Shown one piece after another: positions 36,567 through 44,015 of a stretch of 64,000 nucleotides of DNA; the first letter of the stretch is position 1, and every line of letters starts with the position of its first letter. The notes under the pieces were generated by a model, which saw nothing but the letters and a program-made list of their open reading frames with translations, was not told the origin of the DNA and ran no database searches. A program made the translations under genes and the position numbers. This DNA comes from Elusimicrobia bacterium GWA2_69_24. GTDB taxonomy: Bacteria; Elusimicrobiota; Elusimicrobia; UBA1565. Location of the stretch: the NCBI GenBank assembly GCA_001799695.1, contig MGTY01000130.1, positions 52,504 through 116,503 of the forward strand, read 5' to 3'.

Positions 36567-36589
36567 GGCGGGTCCCGAGAGGACCCGCC
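36567..36589. terminator. GC hairpin GGCGGGTCC-CGAGA-GGACCCGCC between the GspE-like gene and the orphan glgP 3' fragment
   Basis: Perfect 9-bp stem, 7 nt after the TAA at 36559. No T-tract. Its position fits a bidirectional terminator for an ancestral convergent gene pair. Confidence 0.4.
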
Positions 36590-36612
36590 CCGCGCCCGCC
36601 GCCCGGCCGCGC

Positions 36613-36798
36613 CTACGCGGCGACCGTCGCCTCTTTCCGGGCGAGCTTCCCCGGCAGATAGAGCTGGGCCACATAGTCCTTGAGCATCCGGTCCGAGCAG
36701 AACACCGGGCCCACCGTCTGTATGGACTCCTTCATGACCCGCACCCAGCCATGCGGCACGCCGTCCCGGCCCCGGTCGTAGAAGAGCGGGATGATCTG
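36613..36798 (-). pseudogene. Orphan duplicated 3' end of glgP (about 61 codons plus TAG); left direct repeat of the island
   Basis: 36614..36798 is identical to 41858..42042 except at 36751 (A vs G; synonymous CAT/CAC). Encodes ...IIPLFYDRGRDGVPHGWVRVMKESIQTVGPVFCSDRMLKDYVAQLYLPGKLARKEATVAA-stop with no upstream gene body. Confidence 0.8.
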
Positions 36799-36827
36799 CT
36801 GATGCCGCAGGATTCCTGGGGGCCAAT

Positions 36828-38129
36828 TCAGCCGGGGCCTGGGGCCCCACCTGCGGCTTTTAGTTCAATCCAAGCGCGATGGTGTTCCGTGCACGGCGCA
36901 ACTTGTCGCTGAAGTCTGTCGACCGCCTGCTCCAGCCGCAGAATCGCGGTCTGGTCGATTACTCCAGCCGTGAATCGGCGCTTCATGGATTTCAGGACTT
37001 CCGCGCCATAGAACATGAGCCTCGTCGCGCCGGAATCGTCGAACACCCGTTCTGGATTCATGGGCGGCGGATTCTCTCGTCCGTCAACATGCCAACATAG
37101 CCAAGGATAGTTCTCTAGGAACTCCGCGAGCTTGACGAGGATGTCCTGGCAGAGCTTGCGGTCCAGACGAACGACTCGCGCCCGCGCCGGACCTTGGAAC
37201 CTGGAAGGCTTGTCGAAAACCTTAGCCAGCAAAGCATCCAGGGCCATACCCGCCTCGCCTCCCTTGGTGACGATGGTCGGGGACCCCTCCCAGAATCGGG
37301 CTCCGTCACCCCGATTGCGTTGTCTCGCGCGGAGACGGGAAGCCTGGTCCATACGGGAATCGAGTTCGCCCAAGAATCCCTGGACCCCGATTGGCCGTTC
37401 CTGTCGATGGAGTTCGCGCAGGCGATTCTCCAAGGCCTTACGCCTCTCACGGTCAGCGGGGCGCCAGGACATTCGAATAATCTTCTTCAAGGTTTCGATG
37501 TGATGGAATTTCTCCGTGGGAACGCGATCCAGGATGGCCTTTGCCGCTTTGACCTGCTTCAAATCATCGAAGATGTGCCCGAGATAAATGAGCGCTCTCC
37601 AATAATCAGGTTTTAATTCGATGGCGTGTTCAATCGGCGCAATCGCCTCTCGGGCGCCCTTCAGGCGATGAAGCGCGGCCCCTAGGCCCATCCACGAGGA
37701 CTCATGATTTGGGTCGATCTCTACCGCCTTGCGATAGAGACGAACCGCGTGCTCATACCGGCGGTGCTCATAGAGCAGGTACCCGAAACTGTTCGCGGTT
37801 TCCGCGGCGGGCCCCGGCAGCGCCATCACCGCTTCAATGCACGACAGCGCCTCAGAGAACCGGCCCAGGTTGACATACGCCTTGGCCAGATTCGCCAGGA
37901 CCGTATCCCAACAGGGATGGGCCCTGCGCAGCGGCTCCAGGAGGGCGCAGGCGTTCGGATAGTCGCCCATCCTATTGTGCGCGCGGGCCAATCCAAGCTG
38001 AAGGGCCGCACTCGCTGGGAAGTGAATAAGCCCGTCTTTGAAAGATTTGATGGCCTTTTCCGGGCATCCCTCGGCAAGGGCCTGGTCTCCCAGACGCCCG
38101 TACCCTACCTCGTCTCGGTTCGTCATCAT
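36828..38129 (-). CDS. TPR-repeat protein with an uncharacterised C-terminal domain (433 aa)
   Basis: N-terminal TPRs (AIKSFKDGLIHFPASAALQLGLARAHNRMGDYPNA..., AVRLYRKAVEIDPNHESSWMGLGAAL, IEHAIELKPDYWRALIYLGHIF). C-terminal about 230 aa without a recognised motif. Its ATG overlaps the TGA of the upstream gene. Confidence 0.75.
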   Translation of the reverse strand: MMTNRDEVGYGRLGDQALAEGCPEKAIKSFKDGLIHFPASAALQLGLARAHNRMGDYPNACALLEPLRRAHPCWDTVLANLAKAYVNLGRFSEALSCIEAVMALPGPAAETANSFGYLLYEHRRYEHAVRLYRKAVEIDPNHESSWMGLGAALHRLKGAREAIAPIEHAIELKPDYWRALIYLGHIFDDLKQVKAAKAILDRVPTEKFHHIETLKKIIRMSWRPADRERRKALENRLRELHRQERPIGVQGFLGELDSRMDQASRLRARQRNRGDGARFWEGSPTIVTKGGEAGMALDALLAKVFDKPSRFQGPARARVVRLDRKLCQDILVKLAEFLENYPWLCWHVDGRENPPPMNPERVFDDSGATRLMFYGAEVLKSMKRRFTAGVIDQTAILRLEQAVDRLQRQVAPCTEHHRAWIELKAAGGAPGPG

Positions 38130-39769
38130 GTGTCTCCTGGCGATACGGTGGACAGCACCGGGACACCGCCGCGGATAACGATGTACCGCAAGACTGGCCC
38201 ACCCAGAGGGCCGAGTCCGACGACAAGACCATCGCGGCCCTCAGCATAAGCTCCTTTCTTACGGAGACGAAACACCTGCCGAGCCCGCCAGGGTCCATCA
38301 GTCTCATGCCGCGCCTTATTGAGACAGATTCTCTGCCCTTTGCTCAAGTCGTCCCTCGCCTGGTCGTGTTCTGTCGGCGGCGAATAGGATAAGGCGTCGC
38401 TGCAGTATTCATCGATTGGCAGGTATCCCTTCCAACGGGAAGGAACCTCCCCAGCCCATTTTGCAGCACTTTGACCACGAAACCGCTTCCTCAATGCGGC
38501 AGGTGACAACGGCTCAAGGCGGAGGCAAACTCCGCCGACCCGCGCCTCTGATACGATGAAATCGTCCCAACAGGATTGCTCTGCCAGTTTGGCGAGGCGA
38601 TTCCATGACACATGGCCGGTGCCCTGACGCTTCGCGCGCTCGCGCCATCTGCGCAGAAAATGGGCCAGTTCCGGCTCAAGTAGCTTCGCCATTATTATGG
38701 CGCAGCCTAGAGTCAATAGGTAGGCGAGGAGGTGGTCGCGACTCTCCGTGACAACGCAGACACGACCACCCGCTGCCTTGGCCTGATTATGCAGGAGCGC
38801 AAGAAACAAGAACGGGCGCAGGGCGCCCTTGCCGCTGCCGAAAATCCTGCCGAGAACGATGAAGCATCGCTTGCCGCCGATCCAGCGTCCGCAATCATCA
38901 ATATATCGCTCGCTCCTGAGCAATACACGGAGATGCTCGATGCTCTCAAACGGTGAGCTAGCCACCACCGCGGTCGAGGTTGTTCCTATCTCGCCGCCGC
39001 CGATGATTTCACTCACCTCCGTGTTGATCTGTGGCCGGCGTTCCGCCGCGATGAAGGGAAGCCGCGCTCTGATGTCAAGGAACGAAAATCCCGGCAAGGG
39101 CTTTCGGTCCCAACGGAGAATCATGAGCCGCTCCAGCGCCCGCGGATCGCCATGTTGCTGCAGAGGGATTGATGTCCAAAGTTTGTGGGCTTCACGGCGA
39201 TCGCCGGCATCGAAGCGGAGGTGCCCAAGATACGAGATCGCCTGGACGTGGCGCGGTGCCCGTTCGAGCAGGCGGCGCAGGATGCCTTCTGCAAATCGGG
39301 GATGCCCGGCCCGGTGCAGGGTCGCCGCCAGCCCCATGGCGGCGTTTTCGTCATCGGCCCGCAAGCGCAGACATGCTCCATACGCCCGCACGGCAGGCGT
39401 CTTCTGCCTAGCCCGGAAAAGCTCCTCCGCCGCCGACAACGCATCATTCGGGGTGAGGTCGGGGGCATCCAACAATCGCGCCAGCGTATTCGCGGCTTCC
39501 CGGGGCAATCCAAGTCGCACCTCGGCAACCATAAGTCCGCAGAGAACATTGGCGTTTCTTGGAAGTTTCTGAAGAAGCGCAAGAAAGCGCTCGCGCCCGC
39601 CGGCGATCTCGCCCCCATACAGAAGGCACAACGCCTCTGAGAGCAGCAAGCCCGTATCGCCGGGGAAACGCGCCAAGCCCTCGCGGGCGACACGAAGACC
39701 TTCATCATATTGCCCCGCGGCAAACAACGCGGGGCAGCGGCGCTCGTACTCATCGCTTGTCTGGAACAT
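38126..39769 (-). CDS. TPR-like repeat protein with a large uncharacterised C-terminal domain (547 aa)
   Basis: N-terminal about 220 aa of TPR-like helical repeats (GQYDEGLRVAREGLARFPGDTGLLLSEALCLLY..., AEGILRRLLERAPRHVQAISYLGHLRF). C-terminal about 320 aa not recognised; it contains FGSGKGA and VVTESRD strings of uncertain meaning. Confidence 0.75.
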   Translation of the reverse strand: MFQTSDEYERRCPALFAAGQYDEGLRVAREGLARFPGDTGLLLSEALCLLYGGEIAGGRERFLALLQKLPRNANVLCGLMVAEVRLGLPREAANTLARLLDAPDLTPNDALSAAEELFRARQKTPAVRAYGACLRLRADDENAAMGLAATLHRAGHPRFAEGILRRLLERAPRHVQAISYLGHLRFDAGDRREAHKLWTSIPLQQHGDPRALERLMILRWDRKPLPGFSFLDIRARLPFIAAERRPQINTEVSEIIGGGEIGTTSTAVVASSPFESIEHLRVLLRSERYIDDCGRWIGGKRCFIVLGRIFGSGKGALRPFLFLALLHNQAKAAGGRVCVVTESRDHLLAYLLTLGCAIIMAKLLEPELAHFLRRWRERAKRQGTGHVSWNRLAKLAEQSCWDDFIVSEARVGGVCLRLEPLSPAALRKRFRGQSAAKWAGEVPSRWKGYLPIDEYCSDALSYSPPTEHDQARDDLSKGQRICLNKARHETDGPWRARQVFRLRKKGAYAEGRDGLVVGLGPLGGPVLRYIVIRGGVPVLSTVSPGDT

Positions 39770-39784
39770 CCCGCATCCCCCAAA

Positions 39785-39812
39785 GGCGGGTCAAAAGAAT
39801 CCCGCCTTTTTT
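39785..39812 (+). terminator. Intrinsic-terminator-like hairpin GGCGGG-N10-CCCGCC followed by TTTTTT
   Basis: Stem at 39785..39790 and 39801..39806, T6 at 39807..39812. The U-tract is on the plus strand only, yet no plus-strand gene ends upstream, so its role is unclear. Confidence 0.35.
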
Positions 39813-39855
39813 AGGTCCCGGTTGTCGGTCGGGGCCAAGTTTGACGACAAAGTCC
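39810..39855 (+). repeat. Direct repeat copy 1 (TTTAGGTCCCGGTTGTCGGTCGGGGCCAAGTTTGACGACAAAGTCC)
   Basis: About 85% identical, with small indels, to 39923..39965. Lies in the divergent intergenic region between the TPR operon and the R-M operon. Confidence 0.6.
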
Positions 39856-39922
39856 AGCCTGTGTCGGAGTTCCCAAAAAATACGGAACCCCGATTCCAAG
39901 GTGGAACCAGGGTCTACGTCGC

Positions 39923-39965
39923 TTTAGGTCCCGTTTAGGCCGGGGCCAAGTTGACCTTAAAGTCC
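39923..39965 (+). repeat. Direct repeat copy 2 (TTTAGGTCCCGTTTAGGCCGGGGCCAAGTTGACCTTAAAGTCC)
   Basis: See copy 1. Followed by a 7-bp-stem hairpin GCTGAGA/TCTCAGC at 39970..39989. Confidence 0.6.
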
Positions 39966-40187
39966 CACCGCTGAGAAACAGCTCTCAGCCTATTAACTTT
40001 AACAGGAATCCCTGGATTTTCAAGACCCAGAGAAGACCTGGACATCGGGGGCCTCATCGCCGCCGGAAGGGTCGATAACACACATGGCACGGTTCGCCTG
40101 GGAATGATAAAATGCGGCAAGGGAACTATTTTGATGCTCAATCGTATAAGAGGGGTCCCCCATGGTTCCGGCAAGGAGGAAAAAGCC

Positions 40188-41108
40188 ATGAGCATGAACG
40201 TTCCCCATCCCATACCGTATCAAGGCAGTAAGAGAAACCTAGCGGATCGTATTCTAAGGTGCTTCCCTGCCAGGGTGGAAACCCTTTTTGAGCCTTTTGC
40301 CGGTTCGGCGGCCGTCTCATTAGCCGCAGCCGCGCAAAGGAAGGCCAAACGATTCCACATCAATGACCTAAACAAGCCGCTGATCGATCTCTGGCGCGAA
40401 ATTGTGAACACCCCCGAGCAGCTCGCGGAGGCGTACGAAACTCTTTGGCATTTGCAGCTCAATGAACCTAGGACCTACTATAAGGCCATCCGCGAGAAAT
40501 TCAATCTAACGGGACGACCGGATTATTTCCTCTACCTTCTAGCCAGATGTGTCAAAGCCTCAGTGCGCTATAACTCGAATGGGGAATTCAATCAGAGCCC
40601 GGATAATCGTCGCAAAGGTACATTGCCGACAACCATGAGGGAACAGATTGCCGACGCGTCGTTCTTATTGAAAGGCCACACCGCATTCTCTTCCCAAAAC
40701 TACCGAGATGTTGTGCTGCACGCCAACAGGAACGATTTGATTTATATGGACCCCCCATATCAGGGGGTTTGCGGGAACCGTGACACGCGCTATCTTGCCA
40801 GCGTTCAATTCTGCGAATTTGTCAGTGTTCTGGAAGAACTTAATTCCAGGCAAATCAAATATATTGTCAGCTATGATGGCCGCACCGGCAACAAGGTGCA
40901 TGGTCGTCTTTTGCCCGAGCATCTAAGGCTAACCCATATGGAGTTGCAGGCGGGGCGCTCCTCTCAGGCGACACTTCTTGGCAGAAAGGACGCCACTTTT
41001 GAATCCCTTTATCTTTCTCCCGGATTGTCTGAAGAGCTCAAGGCGTCTGGGATGGCATACGACCTCCTCCCCAGCAAGCAGCTGTGCTTTTTGGATTCGA
41101 GACCATGA
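40188..41108 (+). CDS. D12-class N6-adenine DNA methyltransferase (Dam-like)
   Basis: PYQGSKRNLADRIL, FEPFAGSAAVSL (SAM-binding FxGxG-type motif), catalytic DPPYQG. AAGGAGG Shine-Dalgarno 8 nt upstream of the ATG at 40188. Confidence 0.9.
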   Translation: MSMNVPHPIPYQGSKRNLADRILRCFPARVETLFEPFAGSAAVSLAAAAQRKAKRFHINDLNKPLIDLWREIVNTPEQLAEAYETLWHLQLNEPRTYYKAIREKFNLTGRPDYFLYLLARCVKASVRYNSNGEFNQSPDNRRKGTLPTTMREQIADASFLLKGHTAFSSQNYRDVVLHANRNDLIYMDPPYQGVCGNRDTRYLASVQFCEFVSVLEELNSRQIKYIVSYDGRTGNKVHGRLLPEHLRLTHMELQAGRSSQATLLGRKDATFESLYLSPGLSEELKASGMAYDLLPSKQLCFLDSRP

Positions 41109-41827
41109 ACAAGGCAAGATTACCCAAAGAATTCGTGCGGCTATGCAAAAAGGTAACTGCCAAGCGTCCTCGCACGGTCATCGAGCACATCCTCAAACAT
41201 GGCTTCATAACGACCCAACAGTTGAAAGATAGGTACGGTTATAATCACCCTCCTCGGGCCGTCCGCGATGTCAAGGAGAATGGAATCCCAATCGAGATGT
41301 TCCGCGTGGAAGGCACGGATGGCCGCAAAATCGCAGCCTACCGGTTCGGCGACTACAAAAAGGCTCGGTTTGGGAAGTTTGCAGGCCGCACAGCGTTCAC
41401 CAAAGAACTAAGACGACATCTCGTCAGGCTCAATGGCGCAAGGTGCGCCATTTATCTTGAACCATTCGATGAACGCGATCTGCAAATCGACCACCGGATT
41501 CCCTTTGAAGTGTCCGGCGACCAGCCCGAAGAGGGGAGTAAGGCCGCGGACTTTATGCTGCTGTGCGGCTCCGCCAATCGCGCCAAGTCCTGGTCTTGCG
41601 AACACTGCGCAAACTGGCGTGCCCAGAAAGAACCGCATATCTGCCGCTCATGTTACTGGGCCTACCCAGACAATTACTCGCACATTGCCATGCGTCCGCT
41701 TCGACGATTGGATCTCATGTGGACGGGCAATGAAGTTCAGTCCTATGAGCAATTGAAGAAGAAATCGGAAGAACTTCAACAAACGATGCCCGCCTACGTT
41801 AAGCGCGTTATCGAGAAGAATCTGTAG
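41105..41827 (+). CDS. HNH-type endonuclease, probable cognate type II restriction enzyme
   Basis: LQIDHRIPFEVSGD...LLCGSANRAKSWSCEHCANW...CRSCYWAYP (HNH plus Cys-rich zinc motifs). Its ATG overlaps the methyltransferase TGA (ATGA). Specificity unknown. Confidence 0.75.
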   Translation: MNKARLPKEFVRLCKKVTAKRPRTVIEHILKHGFITTQQLKDRYGYNHPPRAVRDVKENGIPIEMFRVEGTDGRKIAAYRFGDYKKARFGKFAGRTAFTKELRRHLVRLNGARCAIYLEPFDERDLQIDHRIPFEVSGDQPEEGSKAADFMLLCGSANRAKSWSCEHCANWRAQKEPHICRSCYWAYPDNYSHIAMRPLRRLDLMWTGNEVQSYEQLKKKSEELQQTMPAYVKRVIEKNL

Positions 41828-41856
41828 TCGGGCATACGAACCTTCCCAGGCCTCCC

Positions 41857-44001
41857 TTACGCGGCGACCGTCGCCTCTTTCCGGGCGAGCTTCCCCGGCA
41901 GATAGAGCTGGGCCACATAGTCCTTGAGCATCCGGTCCGAGCAGAACACCGGGCCCACCGTCTGTATGGACTCCTTCATGACCCGCACCCAGCCGTGCGG
42001 CACGCCGTCCCGGCCCCGGTCGTAGAAGAGCGGGATGATCTGTTCCTCCAGCACATCGTAGAGACCCTGGGCGTCCGCGTCGTCGCGCTCTCCCTCCGGC
42101 AGGTGCGTGGTCGCCTTGGGCGCCCAGCCGTTCTGCCGGTTGTAGCCCTCCTCCCACCAGCCATCGAGGATGCTGAGGTTGGGGACCCCGTTGACCGCCG
42201 CCTTCTGGCCGCTGGTGCCGCAGGCCTCCAGGGGAGCGAGCGGGTTATTGAGCCAGAGGTCCACCCCGGAGACGAGGTAGTGGGCCTTGTGCATGTCGTA
42301 GTCCTCGACGAAGGCGATGTGCCCGCCGATCTCCGGATCCTTGGCCAAGTTGTACACCTGCTGGATGAGCTTCTTCCCGCCGTCGTCGGCCGGATGGGCC
42401 TTGCCCGCGAACACGAGCTGCACGGGCCGCCACGGGTCGAGCAGGAGCTGGCGCAGGCGCCCGAGGTCGCGCAGGATGAGGGTAGCCCGCTTGTAGGGCG
42501 CGAAGCGCCGGGAGAACCCGATGGTGAGGGCGTCCGGGTCCAGCATGGAGCCGTGCGCCAGGACCTGCATCGGGTCGATCCGGTCGCGCATCCAGCGCGC
42601 GCGCACCTGGGAGCGGATGAAGTTCATGAGGTCGTGCTTGCGCCGGGCGTGATGCTCCCACACCGCCTCGTCCGGGACCTTGGCGATCCTGGCCCACATC
42701 GCCGGGTCGTCCTGCCGTTCCTTCCAGTCTTTGCCCAGATGCAGGTCATAGACCTCGGCCATGGACTGACAGACCCAGGTGGGCAAGTGCACCCCGTTGG
42801 TGACGTGGGTGATGGGGACCTCCGCCGCGGGTCGGCCCTCGTAGAGCTTGCGCCACATCTTCCGGCAGACCTCGCCATTGGGGCGACTCACCCCGTTGGT
42901 CCGCCCGGCCAGGCGCAGCGCCAGGGCGGTCATGTTCCAGCCGTCCTCGCCCGGCACCCGGGCGAGGCCCATGAAGGCCTCCCGGTCGAGCCCCAGGGAG
43001 GGCCAGAAGTCCTTGAAGTACTCCTCGATGAGCGGCTCTTCGAACACGTCGTGCCCGGCCTCCACCGGCGTATGCGTCGTGAACACCACCTCTCCGGAGA
43101 GCACGCGCCGCGCCTCCGCGAAGCTCCGACCCTGCGCCACGAGCTCGCGCAGGCGCTCCAGGAGCATGAACGCTGCATGGCCTTCGTTGATGTGGAACAG
43201 GCGGATGTCCAGCCCGAGCTCGCGCAGGACGCGCAGACCGCCCATGCCCAGGACGATCTCCTGACGCAGGCGGGTGCTGCGGTCGCCGCCGTAGAGCCGG
43301 TTGGAGACCTCCCGGTCGCGCAGGTCGTTGCCCTCCACGTTGGTGTCCATCAGGATGAGCGGTACCCGGCCGACCTGGACGCGCCAGACCGCGATCTTGA
43401 GGTGCCAGCCGCCGATGTCCAGGGTCAGCACGCAGGGGCTGCCGTCGGGCCGGCACGCGGGCCGCACGGGAGAGGAGGCGCGGTCGAGGCGCTCGTAGTG
43501 GTTCTGCTGCCAGCCCTCGATGCCGAGCCGCTGCTGCACATAGCCCTCGGGATACATGAAGCCCACGCCCGCCAGGGGCACTCCGAGGTCGGAGGCCGTC
43601 TTGCAGTGGTCGCCGGCGAGTATGCCGAGGCCGCCGGAGTAGATGGGCAGGGACTGGTGCACGCCGAACTCGGCCGAGTAGTAGGCGATCATGCCCTGAT
43701 GCTCGGGGTGGCTGCGCTTGAACCAGGTCGCGCGGTCCGGGGCCGTGTATTCCTCGAACTGGGCGATGACGGAGTCATAGGCCTGCAGGAAGGCGGGGTC
43801 CTTGGCCCGGTCGCGCAGATCCGCGGCCCGCATCTTCCCCAGCATGCGCACGGGGTTGTGGTTGGTCTCGCGCCAGAGCGTCATGTCCATGCTCTTGAAC
43901 AGGGCCCGGGCGCTGGGGTTCCAGGTCCACCACAGGTTGTAGGCGACGTCCTCGATGCGTCCGATGCGCTGGGGCAGCTTGCCGGTCTCGTTTCCTGCCA
44001 T
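41857..44001 (-). CDS. glgP: Alpha-glucan (glycogen/maltodextrin) phosphorylase, GT35 family
   Basis: MAGNETGKLPQRIGRIEDVAYNLWWTWNPSARALF...YYSAEFGVHQSLPIYSGGLGILAGDH...FSRRFAPYKRATL...EACGTSGQKAAVNG. AAGGAG Shine-Dalgarno 7 nt before the ATG at 44001. Alternative ATG at 44019. The 1013-aa track ORF over-extends upstream. Confidence 0.9.
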   Translation of the reverse strand: MAGNETGKLPQRIGRIEDVAYNLWWTWNPSARALFKSMDMTLWRETNHNPVRMLGKMRAADLRDRAKDPAFLQAYDSVIAQFEEYTAPDRATWFKRSHPEHQGMIAYYSAEFGVHQSLPIYSGGLGILAGDHCKTASDLGVPLAGVGFMYPEGYVQQRLGIEGWQQNHYERLDRASSPVRPACRPDGSPCVLTLDIGGWHLKIAVWRVQVGRVPLILMDTNVEGNDLRDREVSNRLYGGDRSTRLRQEIVLGMGGLRVLRELGLDIRLFHINEGHAAFMLLERLRELVAQGRSFAEARRVLSGEVVFTTHTPVEAGHDVFEEPLIEEYFKDFWPSLGLDREAFMGLARVPGEDGWNMTALALRLAGRTNGVSRPNGEVCRKMWRKLYEGRPAAEVPITHVTNGVHLPTWVCQSMAEVYDLHLGKDWKERQDDPAMWARIAKVPDEAVWEHHARRKHDLMNFIRSQVRARWMRDRIDPMQVLAHGSMLDPDALTIGFSRRFAPYKRATLILRDLGRLRQLLLDPWRPVQLVFAGKAHPADDGGKKLIQQVYNLAKDPEIGGHIAFVEDYDMHKAHYLVSGVDLWLNNPLAPLEACGTSGQKAAVNGVPNLSILDGWWEEGYNRQNGWAPKATTHLPEGERDDADAQGLYDVLEEQIIPLFYDRGRDGVPHGWVRVMKESIQTVGPVFCSDRMLKDYVAQLYLPGKLARKEATVAA
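41858..42042 (-). repeat. Right 185-bp direct repeat (3' end of the intact glgP)
   Basis: Identical to 36614..36798 apart from one synonymous mismatch (41995). Confidence 0.9.
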
Positions 44002-44015
44002 GGGTCTCTCCTTGT

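Larger units (their letters stand above)
36799..41857. mobile_element. About 5.1-kb lower-GC genomic island (two TPR-domain proteins plus a type II R-M pair) between 185-bp direct repeats
   Basis: Bounded by the duplicated glgP 3' end. Sampled GC is about 47-55% against about 70% in the flanks. No integrase or transposase gene found inside. Confidence 0.6.

Noticed and set aside
34817-36850. 677-aa minus-strand ORF overlapping the GspE-like gene
   Set aside because: It is antisense to a gene with unambiguous Walker and GspE motifs. Its N-terminus merely reads through the duplicated glgP fragment in a wrong frame.
39785-39812. The hairpin plus T6 as the terminator of the TPR operon
   Set aside because: It lies upstream of the start of that minus-strand operon, and its U-tract is on the plus strand. 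It is kept only as an unexplained terminator-like structure.
40085-40102. Sigma54-type promoter suggested by TGGCAC upstream of the methyltransferase
   Set aside because: The -12 element is wrong: GCCT sits where TTGC is expected after the 5-nt spacer. No enhancer-binding protein gene is nearby.
36799-41857. The island as a prophage or an integrase-bearing integrative element
   Set aside because: No integrase, recombinase, transposase, or phage structural or replication genes are present. Only four CDSs are present, so it is reported simply as a repeat-flanked island.
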